This document shows positions 13,508-27,112 of a stretch of DNA of 64,000 bases, in pieces (within the stretch, counting starts at the first letter, position 1; each line of letters begins with the position of its first letter). The translations under genes were made by a program, and so were the position numbers. Below the pieces are notes generated by a model. That model was not told where the DNA came from. It did not search any database and worked only from the letters and a program-made list of their open reading frames with translations. This DNA comes from Phoronis australis. Taxonomy: Eukaryota > Animalia > Phoronida. The stretch spans positions 1 to 64,000 of the forward strand of contig NMRA01000041.1 in the NCBI GenBank assembly GCA_002633005.1, written 5' to 3'.

Positions 13508-15720
13508 TCTAAGACTTCATTTACACTGGCACGCTGGGGTGATTGTCGAATTACGAAATACAGTGAACATTTGGTCAGTCCATTCTGAATACATCTTCTA
13601 ATTAAGTTGTTCTAGATAACTGAAACACATACTAGTCTCTTCGTGGATTGGCAATTGATATGCACATCGAATTGATTACATTATCAAATGTTTGAGTTGG
13701 TTCCCTATTACCCTCTCGTTGGTAAGGTGCGATAAAAATTTAGGGGGGCTGCGCTCGCAGAGTTGTTTGTCTGAGCTTTAGTATAGTAAATTCACTATTT
13801 CTAATTCCAGTGATCTGATTATTTTAAGTCAGAAAATTCAAAAATTAGGAGTGGCGTTACTATAAAAATGGAGACTAATTAAAAGTTGAAGATGAGGGGC
13901 ACTTTTGCTTCATGTTTTATACAGTATATGAAATTTTATGTCTTCTGTACGAACTACACCATGTTGAAATAGTTGATAGCATCCAGACAGTGAAAAACAA
14001 ACAGTTGGCATCTCCAGGCCGATACCTCGAAGCTAACCGGCGATACGAGCAGTGATGGTATTAATTTAATCGGCTTTTCTAAATCAAGGTCGTTATTTCC
14101 TGCAGCAACTGCTTAAGAACTCGAGATATTACTCCCTCCAAACTCGCAGTTGCTTAGGTACCTGGCTTACTCTGGACAATCTACTTCTCTAAGATAAGCA
14201 TCTGCACACTTTTTCATTTAACGCGAAACTCGGTCGAAGACAACGACGGGAAAAATACCTGCCTGTTTAACACAACGCTAAGATTTAAGTTTTTCCCACG
14301 AGTATTATGCAAATCTCAAAATCATGCTATGTATCATTTTAATGAGACACAGCGTCACCGTTTTAAATGTGTACCTAATGACTTCCTGGATTACTGTATG
14401 TACGAGAATAATCAAGAAAAGAAACAATTTGTAAAACCAGTTGTGGGTTAAAAACAACCTACTAATTCCAGATATTGCTCAATCGTTATTTGATAGTGAA
14501 ATAAGCAAATAATCAAACCTGTGTCTTCTTTTGGATAACAACAATGCTCATACCAGAGACCGTAAAGACCGTTAGCGTCTTTGCTCGTACATAAAAATAG
14601 TCTCGCATTAAGCGATACTTTCGGGAGAATGTAATCATGTTAAGTGGTTTTCGGGTGGTTCCCGGCACACCGGAGGATACGGTTTTTTTTGTAAATTAAT
14701 CTGTATATTCCCAATTTAATGAGAATAAGTATCTTTAATTATCTTATTGATTAACGAGTAAGATTTGAAGTAAACATCAGTAGACCGCCGATAGAGACGT
14801 AAGTCACAATTCCATGCGGCGTCTGGTGACAAGAGATCAGAAATAATGCAGTGACCGTAATACTCTCGTCAAACCTCTAAGCCCATTATGTAGGTTTTAT
14901 TAGACTAAATATAACAGCAGGAGCCGAGAGGTTTCATCTTCGGTGTAATGTCGGCCAGTAACCCTCCAAGTACTTACAACCGTGTAACCGCCAATTCCGA
15001 TGGCGGCCTTAGAATTTGGACAAAAACTGTTATCTTCGCCTAATCGCGACATGTTTCAAACGTGTTTACTGGAGCATTTAACAGTGTGGGCATTAGCTAC
15101 CAGACCATAAAGTCTAAATCACTAGAGCAACTGTTAACTGTATAATGGATGATCTTGGGCCATCATTCAAAAGTGCACTTGATTTAGGTGAGTGTCAATT
15201 ACGTAACCTGTTTAGATGCATAAAGGATAAGAATATTATTTATCCACTTGATCGCAAAATACAATTGAATGTATGAGGACCATTATTGTAAAAATTAAAT
15301 AGAAATGATTAACTGTGTTTTATGTGATGCACTTACAAGTGCAGAATAAGCTAAAACACTTTTATCGAAAACTGTCTCGTGGTGAGCTCTACAGAATGAC
15401 AACAAAATCCTGTTTTAGGCAGCTGAAACGAGAATAATATGTCTTTACATAGTCATCGCAACGAAAAAGAATTTCAATCTGAGCAGTATGTTGTGATATC
15501 AAGCAAAACACAACCAATGCTTCGCAGCAAATAATTGAGTTGTCTGATTACCTGGATGCCATTCAATAATTCCTTGTTGATGGGTATTTTGGAAGTAGCA
15601 ACATCCTTACCACATGGAAACCCAAACACTACTGTTCATTATCTTGTTTCTTTTCGTTAAACTCTCTTTGCCGGATTTCGCTTGCATTTTTGTCCAGCGT
15701 GATTTTGATACAGCGCTCCC
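13508..15720 (-). promoter_or_regulatory. Upstream region of gene B, collinear with the upstream region of gene A (about 56710-59815)
   Basis: Shared blocks in the same order: GAGTTGGTTCCCT, GCAGCAACTGCTTAA, ATATTATTTATCC(A/G)CTTGATCGCAAAA, GCTGAAACGAGA, CATGGAAACCCAAA, CCAGCGTGATTTT. Confidence 0.7.
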
Positions 15721-16784
15721 TGCGTATAAGTTTCAAACCAATCTTTCAAATATACAATACCGTGACCAGATAGTGATCTAGCAAAAACTGGGTTCAGACT
15801 ATGCAAACATAGTTTAGGGAAAATAGGTGAGGTCCTTCGCAGTAAATGATGCATATATTTGTTATAATAATTCAGATGAGTCATTGAAGAAATCCGTGTT
15901 TAACATTTCTCCTGCATTGAGGGCATTTCTGTGGGCAGGTTCGCGCCATCTCTGGACTGCTGACTAGACGCTCTCCTCTTTCAAAGAAAATGAAATTAAC
16001 AGAAAAGCAACGAAAATTGCAACTATACAACAACAACGAAGTTCAAATTCTCCAGCGGTTGTTTATGTTATCAAATAGTTTAGAAAGTGGACTTAGAACA
16101 TACTTAAAATATATGGGAAAATATACTATTTAGATATTGTTCAGGATTGCCGCCACCAGGTGGTGTATTTTGTAACACGACGTGCTGTCACACCTTGCTT
16201 GAACTGTAACGTCTAGCATTACACTTTGATCTGTTGATGAGAATACAAGTTTTATTCTGGATGTTCCTCATTATCCTTTTTGGGAACCTTTTGGCTGCAT
16301 CACTATCAACGACGTGGTGCCGAAGACTGTGTGGAAGATGGAAGCGGTAAAATAGAGGAGTGCGGTTGTCAGAATTCGTGCTAGGAGAGCAGCAAACGTT
16401 CCTAGACAAAATTCGTGGCGACCCAGGAACAGAAGTAGGTTTGTCCTTATAGCAACTTAAAGTTCCTGGGTTCGAAGAAAGGTTTGCGCCTCCAGGCATC
16501 TCTCAGGTGGCATTAGCAACCTTGGAAGAATAAGTACTTTAGAGTATTTACTACACTTAGGGACTTACCTTTCTCTCATTCCAGACCGATGAAGTTTCTT
16601 TACAAAATTAAAGGCCAAAAATACGTAAAACTTTTAGATTTAAATTTCCCAGTTTCGGTGGTGATTCACAATTATTGTAGTTCTTTACCAGACATTAACG
16701 AGTTAATCTATGCACAACCTATTTAAGTGGGAATTGCCTGACAGGTTGAAGACGGGTGTGGCAAGTAGGGAAAGGTCGTTTTGC

Positions 16785-17480
16785 TCAGCTGTCAACAAAA
16801 CACCTTACCTGAGTATGCAGTGAAACCTAGCAGGAAAGTACAAATAAAAACTGGTGCCAGACGATACACTTTAAGACTTCATTTACACTGGCACGCTGGC
16901 GCGATTGTCGAATTACGAAATACAGTGAACATTTGGTCAGTCCATTCTTTGAAAATGAAACGAAACAAGAGAATACATCTAATTAAATCTTTGTAGATAA
17001 CTGAAACACATACTGTTCTCTTCGTGGATTGGCAATTGATATGCAGATCGAATTGATTACATTATCAAATGTTTGAGTTGGTTCCCTATTACCCTCGCGT
17101 TGGTAAGTTGCCATAAAAATTAGGGGGAGGGGCTGAGCTCGCAAAGTTGTTTGTCTGAGCTTTATTAAAGCAAATTCAGTAGACCTATTTCTAGTTCCTG
17201 TGATCTAATTATTCTAAGTCAGAAAATTCAAAAAGATTAGGAGTGGCGTTACTATAAAATTGGAGACTAAGTAAAAAATGAAGATGAGGGGCATTTTTGC
17301 TTCATGTTTTTTACAGCATATGAAATGCTATGTTTCCTCCGTGAACTACATCATGTTTAAATAGTTGATAGCATCCAGACAGTGAAAAACAAACAGTTGG
17401 CATCTCCAGGCCGATGCCTCGAAGCTAACCGGCAATACGAGCAGTGGGGTAATAATTTAATCGGCTTTTCTAAATTAAAG
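16785..17480 (-). pseudogene. Orphan duplicate of exon 1 plus about 600 bp of upstream DNA; start codon changed ATG to GTG
   Basis: Highly similar to 13420-14085; 16809-16869 reads (V)YRLAPVFICTFLLGFTAYS with intact CAG|gtaagg donor; the nearest upstream ATG reads ATG AAG TCT TAA. Confidence 0.8.
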
Positions 17481-18234
17481 TTGAAGTTGCACATATTGTA
17501 AATTCACCCGTGTTTTTCGTACGCAACATTTTGCGAAAACAACCGTAGTCGTTTTAATGTTATTGCATTTCAGGAAATCTGGGCGAAGTCGCTTGATGAA
17601 TTCTGTCTAAATGACTACATGCTTGCAAAATGAGACAAATCGTGACAAAAGAAATGCCGGTGAAGTCACATTTTTACAAAACATGATACAATCGGATTGT
17701 TCACTGACGCAAGACATCATTAGAAATATCCTGTGGCTGAAATATCGTTCTCCAGTGCGTAGTGTCGTTTCATTTCCTATATATTATCCTATAGTGGCGC
17801 TTCAAATTTGTATGATTACCAACCGGTAGAACGCAAGAGTTCATTGTTTCTTTATTTGTGCAACCCGCAGGACGTTTGTTTTTGTTGGTGTGGATTTATC
17901 ACTCTAGGATTTCTAAGTACAACCTAGTAGAGTAGAAACTGGAGTCGTGTTTTGACTGTCGAACAAGTTGGCCTCGTTCCAATCATTGTTTGCCTGAACA
18001 TGGCCGGGACGTACTTTAGTTAATAGGAGAAAGAATTATAGACTCGGACTATGATGTTGCCGATGTCGGTAATGAATCAGCCGTACCTGAAGTTGACGCA
18101 AGTGGTTCGTTAGTAGATGTGCTCAACATGAAAGCGAACACTACTCCTGGAGGCCCTAGATAGACAAATGGCAGGAAATAGAAGGCTTTGACAAATTTTT
18201 GCGTAGCTCTGCACCTTCTTTTCTTAGCATATAC

Positions 18235-18397
18235 CAGTGGCGGATTTAGGTGGGGGGCAAAGGGGCCATGCCCCCCTAAAATTCTCCCAGATTTCATTTG
18301 TTAGGTCGGCGTGCAAATGTGAACACAAAATCCTGGCCATTACTCTGCCCTGACCACCCCCCACCCCCACCTACTCAAAGCCTTGGATTCGCCCCTG
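18235..18397 (+). mobile_element. Short MITE (CAGTGGCGGATT...GGATTCGCCCCTG)
   Basis: Terminal inverted repeats; reverse-oriented relative at 60870-60996 shares termini and the internal AATCTGGGAGAATTTT block. Confidence 0.7.
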
Positions 18398-19488
18398 TAT
18401 GAGGAAGGACTTAGGGATCTTTTCCTACTGAATGCGAGCTAAAAGTTTTTGTCTGTCCCTGCGTTGGACAGTGTGGTCGCTACTTAATTGCGAAGAAGTA
18501 TGGACCCCCGTCGGCTTTGTTTTTGTCTGCTTGTTCTTCGAAGTCCTTACAGCTTGGAACGCTTTTCCTACAAGGAGTCTCTTGTTGAACGAATGGAAAT
18601 GATGACCCTCTTCTTTATATCTTCAACAAACTCTCGGGGAATGTTATGTAGAGTTTAGTTAGAGAGTTTGCAGAATGCCGAGATCATTTTGGCATCCATA
18701 AATGATATCTTCAGCTTAATAAATTGCAAATTGATGAGTATATATATACTTACTTTATAGTTATCACTTCCCTCTCAACTCCCTCTGAAGTTTTAATGCG
18801 CGGGTTTGTTGCGTGAAGGGGATAATCAATGTACTCATCATGCGCGCACCCAGCCTAAAATATTGGGGTGCTCGAATTTTTCGTTATGCGAACCTTTTAC
18901 TGAAAGAAATCAACGTGACGACTAACAAAAGCCGAGCCACTAGGTTCAAGCCCACGAACTGTGCATCCGCGCCGACTTCCTCTGGATTTTGTGGGCTTTT
19001 GTCTCGTTTACCCGGATTTTAATTTCACGGAAGCGGAACTTTTTGCCCAATTCGCCGAATTGGGGGGCTCGTTCGAGCCCCCTGCTCCCTCATACCCCCG
19101 GCGGGGCGCCATGCACATGCCTTCATACGGGAAGTGGGCTCTTATCAGTCCAATGGGACTATTCGGAAAATTTACTTTAACAAGAGGGCGCGCGTGTACT
19201 AGTGGTGATAGGTAAGCAGCCTCGATTTCGCGAGCACTTTAAGTACATGATGAAATGGTTTGCAGCCGTGCCAACTGAATCTGAGATTGCGTGAAAAGGG
19301 TACGAGAGGAAGTAAGCAGGCCCTTATACAAAGGCAAGGTTTATTACATGTTTATTTTACTGATGCCTGATAACTAAGGTACTCGCCGATGTCAACTTCG
19401 CGGCAGTCGCCGGTCGGGTTAATAGTTGTGCAGCAAATATGAAATCTAGTTAAGTGTACATCAAGCAAATTACGAACATTATCGGACC

Positions 19489-22400
19489 CTATAAAAGCAA
19501 GTTAGGCAAAAAAGAAGACCACCTTGCCTGGAATCTCTCGAGATCCAATTTATCAGTGTAAATAACTTTTTCCAGGTTGTAGTAATCACATACCTTACGT
19601 AAAAATGACTGAAATTTTGGCTTAGCCTTTTGCAGTCTTTGTCTATATAAATGAAATTTCGCTAAGCAAAGAATTAAATTGACAACTTCTAATCTACAAG
19701 CCGGGTCTCCAAACGAGGCGGAAGACATATTTAACTGCAGAGGGAAATTGCACTGATTTATCATCCTTGTTTTTAAAAATACCCAAAACTTCTGAACAAG
19801 TGAAAATTCCCAAAACAATTGTAGAATTGTTTCTTCATGTTGCTCACAGAATGAACATGAAGACGATTCACTAACACATATTTTCTTTAAATATGAGTTT
19901 GTACCAATAAGTCTGCGGTTGATACTGAATTGAAACCATCTGAGTCTGACATCGGAAGTACAATGATAAATTACAGAAGGAATTTCTTTCCAAGATTGAT
20001 TATCATCGCATAAGTTAATTTCTCTCTCCCACTTCAATTCTGAGACAGGTTTTACATACAATTTAGATATGAATAATTCATAGATTTTCCCCGTCCCTTT
20101 ATTTTCGGAGGATATTCGAAAAATATGTCCTGGAAAAAGTGGAGTGACTATAGTACTCTTGTCTCTTAGATGATTCCAAGAACGAAGTATTGAACTTCGA
20201 ATTCCATAAAAATGAGTAATACAAGGACAAAATTGAAAACGTGTACAAAAGGTATGATAATTATAACTATATCCCTTATCAGGGTCAATTAAATCATATA
20301 CGTACCATATACTCTTTTAAAACCACTTGTTCCAAAAAATTGNGTATGATAATCATAAATGTATCCCTTATCAGAGTCAATTAAATCATATACGTACCGT
20401 ATACCCTTTTGAAACCACTTGTTACAAAAAATTGGATTACTGTTTATACAAATTTTGGGGTTATACCACAAAGGTTGGTACAAAGGATCATCTATCTCAC
20501 AAAGATTGATAAACTCATATAAGATATAAAAATATCCTTCCAAAAATATTCTTAGTCCGGTTAGATACTTCAAGGAAAAAACTAGAACCTAACTGAAAAG
20601 AGTCATTTTTATATTAGGAATAATTTCATATAAAATATTTAGCCAAAGAGAAGAATTGTTATAATAATTTTTGAAGAATCTTCGAATCCAAGTCAATTAA
20701 ATAGCTTTGACAAATGACGCAATATGAACCATATTCCCAATTCCAACTTCAGATTTGTGCACCATGGTTTTTCTAGAGATTCTATCAGAAGAGGTACCCC
20801 ATATAAAATTAAAGAATATTTTTTCAATGTCCTTAAAAAGTAGCACTTGGAAGAGGAAGTGCGTAAAAGAGGTGAATCAGTTTTGGTAATAAGAAAGATT
20901 TGACAACCGTTATCTTACCAAAGGTAGACAAATTTCTTTTTGACCAATTTCCAATGCTATTTCAAACCTCATTTAATTTTACATCGTAGTTTAAGTGAAT
21001 CATGTCCTGTAAGTTGACAGGGAAGGTAATTCCAAGAGATGTGAAATGGGAACTTTCCCATTTTAAATCTTTTTCACAGCAAACCCTATCACCACAACAT
21101 ATCTTAGAACCTCTTAGAACCAATCCATATACAAACAGTTTTATCGATATTGGGTGTCAAACCAGAATAATTAGCAAACTGATCAAGAAGGTTAAGTGAA
21201 GATTTTAAAGAGGTCTCTGAACCATCTAGAAAGAGGACCGTGTCGTCTGCATATTGCATTAATTTATACTCTAAAGAGCCTACTTTTATGCCTTTAACAT
21301 TCTCGCATTGCCTCAACATAGATGCCATAATTTCGGCACACAACAAAAAAGATAAGGTGAAAGGGGATCACGTTGTCTGCAACCTCGGCAAATGTTAAAG
21401 TACTTAGACGTAAAGCCATACAGAATGACCGAAAGTTGGACACTTCCATTGAGTATTGTGAACCAACTAATAATATCGTCACCAAAATTGAAATAGTGTA
21501 GAACTTTCTTAAGAAATCCCCAAGACACAGAATCAAAGGCTTTTTCAAAATCAATTAATACCAGAAATCCGGGAATATCCTTAACTTGAGTATATTGTAA
21601 GATGTCATAAATCACTCTGGTGTTCTCCCCGATAAAACGACCTGGGAGAAACCCAGTTTGATTAGGATGAACTTATTTAAAACAGATTTTATCCTTTGTG
21701 CAATACATGCTGATAATAGTTTATAACTTGAATTTAGTAAGGAGATTGGCCTCCATTTTTTAATGTATTCACTTGGTTTCTTGCCCTTAGGAACAAAAGT
21801 AATGACACCTTGACACATAGTGTGTCAGAATATAGTCTGACAGTATTTTTAGTTGTATTGTTTTATTTTGTTATTCTGTTTGATTGACATGACCCCTGAG
21901 TTAAGTACGATGACGATGTAATTTGTTTACTACAGAATAGTATGGAACTTTCTAGTAGACTGAGTTCAGTAGTGATAATGTAATTTGTTTACTGCAGTAT
22001 AGTGTGGAACTTTCTAGAAGAGTCTAGCATGGCACTGGTTAATGCAGTCTGGAATATTCTAGAAACTAGTACATGTTTGTAGAATGGTTGGTAGATTCAG
22101 GAAAGTTCTAGAATGTGCTTGAATTGATGAAAAGTTCCAGAACAATGCATTAGGCTATAAATACACAAGCACGGGTTTGTGTTAAGAAGATCAAGTTGGG
22201 AGATCAAGAGAAGACCAAGTAAGTTCAAGAAACTTAATCAGGAGAACTACAGTTGAGTTGCAGTGAAGAGAATCAGCAGTTACAGCGGTAGTCAATAGAG
22301 AGCCAGCTATAGAGACAGCAGGTTATTGAACCAACGAGTGTAACAGTTGCTGGAATTATCTCAAAGTTCATCACAAGTCAATGTTTCGCAGCACTGGCTG

Positions 22401-23790
22401 GAGCATAGAACATACATTACGTCGGACGTTTTGTTTGAGTAGGCTGGTGAACGTACGGTCGGGATTAGTAAAGGATTAACTCGAACCAATCTTCAGTCAA
22501 TCTTTGCACCGAAAGCTATTAGCACCGGCCTGTAACAACCTGCGCCCACCCACACACGGGGAAAAACGTGACATATTGGTAGGCAAACGACCGGTTCGAA
22601 AACTGTAATTAAAAAATTTGATCAAAATTGGCGACAATTCTTTCCAAAAAAAATTGTGAAACTCTACAGGAAAACCATCAGTCCCCGGAGTTTTGTCATT
22701 TTTCATACATTTAAGGACAGCCGCAGCTTTAGTACATGTTATTGGTCCTTCTAGTGTTTCTTTCAAGTCGGCGTCTAGTTTCGACATATTTTCAGGGGTC
22801 ACCAAGTCCTCCAACTGATATTGGAGAGTCATTTTCTTTGGCTGCATATAAATTTGCATAGAATTTTTCGATTGCACACAGTATAGCTTTTTGGTTTGTC
22901 AAGCTTCGTCCAGTCTCGTCTATAAGTTTGTGGACATTCTTGTTCACGCAATTGCGTTTTTCTAAGTTACTAAAATATTTGAAAGGTTGTTCACCATCCT
23001 CGATCCATTTTGCTCGAGATCTCAGCATCATGCCTTTCACTTTGTCCTTTCTAATATATTCGTAATCTTTCTGCAAATCTGAATAAATTTCAAGGAGCAG
23101 AGCAAAATTAATGTTGCACATCATTTCTCTAAGAAGACTTAATTGCTCCTCTAAATTCGTTTCATGCCGATGCTTTCCTTTTTTCTTGAAAGCTGAATAA
23201 GACAAAGTATAATTTCTAATATTCAATAGAATCATCTCAAGAAGAAGAGAGTCGTCTACATGTACAGTGGACTGACCGTCTGACAAATTGGAGTCATTAT
23301 CGAGAGATAAATATTCCTTCTCTGTTTTAACTATGATGTCTTTCACATTACTTATATATTCTACATCACGTAATACGGATTTGTTAAGTCGTCATAGACC
23401 TTTATCTGTAACAAATTTAGAGGCCTGAATACATGTAGTAGTCACGACATAATGAAGGCGGTTCTATAACCTGGGGACGTTTTAATATTTTCTATCCAAG
23501 AGGAAATCTCGTCGAACACTAGAAAAAAGTCCAGACGGGCTTGCTTACAAGGGTTAATTCTGAACCAAGTATAGCTTGTTGTATTTGGATTACGTAACCG
23601 CCACGGGTCGACCAAATTTAACTGCGGCATCAGACTGATAACTTGTCTTCTTGCAGCCGGATTGTTTTGGTGTTTGTATCCTAAAACAATCAAGATTTAA
23701 ATCCTGAACCAAATTCCAGTCGCCGCTAATGATTATGAACTCTGAGTTGTAGTCAGCAAAGTTCTAAAAAGTCGGGTTAATCTTTGTTGT
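19489..23790 (-). mobile_element. L1/Tx1-clade non-LTR retrotransposon ORF2 (APE endonuclease, RT, C-terminal Cys motif), 5'-truncated and frameshifted
   Basis: LVDPWRLRNP..YTW..ARLDFFLV; RSRAKWIEDGE; KTPGTDGFPVEF; WRPISLLNSSYK; IDFEKAFDSVSW; GCRQ.DPLSPYLF; QYADD; CSFC..EETI. Confidence 0.93.
21823..22573 (+). mobile_element. Solo LTR (751 bp) inserted in the LINE RT region
   Basis: Begins TGTCA, ends TGACA; 5-bp TSD TAGTG/TATTG; removing it restores LINE codons GRLPTNM-CQGVITF; TATAAATA near 22156 and AGTAAA near 22467. Confidence 0.85.
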
Positions 23791-25238
23791 GTTGTGTGTT
23801 ACGATACTTGACGTACATGTAGCACTCGGGACCTTTTGGTACATCAAAGCAGTATTATTGTTTGGAATAATTTCTGACAGATTTATCAGTGACAGTTTAA
23901 TCAGTCAATGCTGAGAGTTTATGCTGTCAAGTGAGTTAAGATTACAAGCCAAGCCTTATGGCAAAGGGTACGTGACAAATACACATTAGGCTATTTGTTT
24001 ACTCCCTATCCTATGTCTTCCGGAAATCTATTACACGTTGAAATGGAATCTATCATGTCTGTTTTCACGTGACTTTTGGTAAAATTTATGTTTGCGGGCT
24101 TGTACCTTGCAGAGGAGATATGCAGCGCTTCTGCACCATCCTTCAATGGACAAAAATTGGTTTTAAGCGTTTGACTGCACCCAAACAGCAAGATCTTCCC
24201 ATCCAGTGCAGATCTGTTGTCAAAGCTTACTTTCAATATACGAAAAAGTCTTTGAAAAGCAACAGCTACTTTTAAAGAAAGGTATGTAAGTCATTTAATT
24301 AATTTACTTATTCAGGTCCTTAGCGGGGGATTGGCATGTGGGGGGTTGTAATATTTCGTACAAATGAATGTGTGGAAATAACAGGTAATACATGTTTGGG
24401 AGAATGGTGAGGCAATTCTTAACCTTTATGAAGTTCTTTCAAGTTCACTTCATGAAACTGTCTTGCTATCAAGTGTATACCCATGAAAATATGATATATT
24501 TTCTGAATTCTCAGTGACTGAATTGTCTTAACTTATTCCCTGAAATGTTGCAAGTCGTTTATAAATTTAAATGACTGCCATTTTTGTGAAAATTGCATTT
24601 TTGATCGTGCCTTACAATTTGTAATTACTCTTAAACAACAGAAAGGTTATCCATCATTTTTAAATGACCCAAGTCTTCATATCTTCTGTTAAAAGAAAAA
24701 TAAAAAGTCTGAGATACGATTCCCTCAGCCTTAGACTAGAAGTATGCTTGACAGACACATGGTTCTGTAATCGGAGTTTAAAATTACTGAAAGTATCAAA
24801 AATAAGCAGGCTTGAAAATGGGTAACAAAGATTCGAAATTGTCTCAAAATCTTGCATATTTTTCAGACAAGTGATGCGTTTGAAGAATTGTTATGGGTAC
24901 GAATGAAAAGAGACGCAGTTTTATACAGTACTTATTATATACACCCTTGCTTTCTGAAAAAAGTAGTTATTTAACTTTGTGTGAAATTGTAGAGCAGTCC
25001 CGTATCATATTTTTGAAAAACGGGTACAATTTTTTACCCAACCTGGAGTACTTAATTATTCATATTTCAATATTTGTTCGATGTTCAGTGACAGTTTAAG
25101 GCCACTTCAAGCCGCAACATAGACAAGCTTTGTTACTCCTTTCTCTTTCCACAGCATTTCCACACACGAGCAGTGCTGCATGGCACAATGTAAAAGTCAG
25201 TGAATCTGGACAAATGTGAATCGCAGTACTAAGTTACC

Positions 25239-25570
25239 ATGAGACAATGTGCCAGTGGATTGTTTGTGTATGAAGAGGAACTATATCTGACTGCTACATA
25301 AGTCAGTCTCGTAGGTGAGGATGCCCTTTCATAGGCAATAAGTCAGGTGTGGACAATAGCGTTTTTCCTTTCCTGGAAGAAACATGAGGGGCGGAAGCTA
25401 AAGAAGACGTAGTGACACTCTGGTCTAGTTCAGGGTCAGATTCTGGGCACAAAGCGAATCAAGTGATATGCTGTCGTGTGTACCTTCAAGGACCTAATTA
25501 CGGATGTTATTGAGGCTGAATGAGGTTACATGAAGGAAAGCCACGTGCAGAAACTGGACCTTTTTACAAC
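25239..25570 (+). pseudogene. YqaJ/lambda-exonuclease-like pseudogene segment of a DNA transposon
   Basis: With stops and frameshifts reads SGLFVYEEELYLTAT*VSLVGEDA..CPF..FPFLE..KLKK..VQGQI..VCTFKDL..KLDLF, matching the YqaJ pattern GLFV..YLgAsPDglv..CPF..QVQGQ. Confidence 0.7.
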
Positions 25571-26930
25571 CGCTTCTATAGGCCATTGAAAATAGATCCC
25601 AGTGAAATGAAGACCACAAGCATCTGGTATAAATACCTGTCCTTTCTCACTGAGTGACATTAACTTTTCCTTTCAGAGGAAAGGCTTTATACTAATGGTA
25701 AAAACTTTTCAACTTGGCACAAATTATGGGGAAATGATATTCAGTGACTGCATCGATTGCATTATTGTCAGTAGAAAGCAAGTTAATGTTGCACTTTGAT
25801 GATTGAGCTTATTCTTTATTAAGCTGAAATGATTACCGAATATGCTTGCGAATTGTCATTTTCCTGTTGACCTATAGAAACGTGCAGCAAACAAAATGAA
25901 GTATTCCCTTTGTTTGCATGAACTTTCTTAAGAAAACCTTTGAACAATTTTTGAGTTTTTTGTTAACTTGTATATAAACAAAAGTTCCACATGCAAGAAA
26001 AGTATGTTTTCAATTGTGGTTAGCTGGATAAGAATCTGCTATTCACAAGTTTCGAGAATAAACAATTATCAGTTTATTTAAATTAAACGAAATGGCAAAA
26101 TGGACAACCACATACATACAAAGAAACATCATTGTAATTTTCCCAATGCAACAGAGTCCATAATCAGGCATATTAAGCGCTGAATTTCTGAATTAGGATC
26201 AATTCTCTCAGGTTATTGCTGAAGGATTGCTTTTTACTTTGTCCAAAGGTAAAATAGACGGTTAGGCGGCTGGTTTCAGTCGTTTTCTCTCACCTGTAAC
26301 AGAATACTCAGAGAAATATTAGAAAATTATAAAAGAAAACCCACGGCAAAGCTACTTTTGTAAAGCAAGACATACTTGACGTTTCATCTTCATGTTTATA
26401 TGTAGAAACTAATAATCTTTGTACCCAAGTCTTATTTAAGATCTGAATTAAAATATGTGAAACAGGCTAAAAGTGATATAACAATAGGTATGTTTCATGA
26501 CACCTAAAATGTGCTTCTGATCTCAACAAGTAAAATTTATTCTAGGTGTCAATTGTTATTCCAATGCAATGTTACGACATGTATTGAATAGCTTATTCAT
26601 GTTAATTCGGCAACTAATCTGGTAGTCCTGGGGGTGAGGGCCGCTATAAAATAAGGAAACTCACTCATCTAGAGACATATCATAGCTTTGAAGAGAAATT
26701 GCTGTGAAAGAGACACCCTTGACTTCACGTACCATACACCTCTTACATTGGGCGCATTCCCACCCAGGACTGAATATGTGAATATGTGCTGCTAGCCTAC
26801 CCGTAATACGAGTACCGGGTGGTTTCCGAAAGGAAACACTTAGTTCCACTCAATAAATTATTCAGTGGTGTAACTGGTGGGGATAACATCACCGAACGAT
26901 ATCGATAGAAACTGGTTACTAAAAACTTAC

Positions 26931-27112
26931 CAAGTAACGTTACAGTATGTAGTTTCCTAATGGAAATGCAAAGAGCACACACGGGGCTTCGGCATCCGCA
27001 CACTTTTTGTCAGTTGGTTGACACTTTTGACCGCAATTCTCCACGAATGTAGTAACCTTAGGTCTTTTGGGAATTTGTGACCACCTGTCGAAGACTTGCA
27101 CCAGGGAATAAT
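26931..27112 (-). pseudogene. THAP DNA-binding domain relic (transposase N-terminus)
   Basis: In a frame not shown in the ORF track: IPWCKSSTGGHKFPKDLRLLHSWRIAVK..PRVCSLHF, followed by a TTG|gtaagt donor. Confidence 0.75.

Noticed and set aside
13389-16996. Similar plus-strand ORFs at 13389 and 16781 (..LPEYAV..LRLHLHWHAG..)
   Set aside because: Antisense to the duplicated signal-peptide exon; similarity comes from the DNA duplication
20250-20430. About 90-bp direct duplication inside the LINE
   Set aside because: The copies flank the single N at 20343; most likely an unmerged contig overlap
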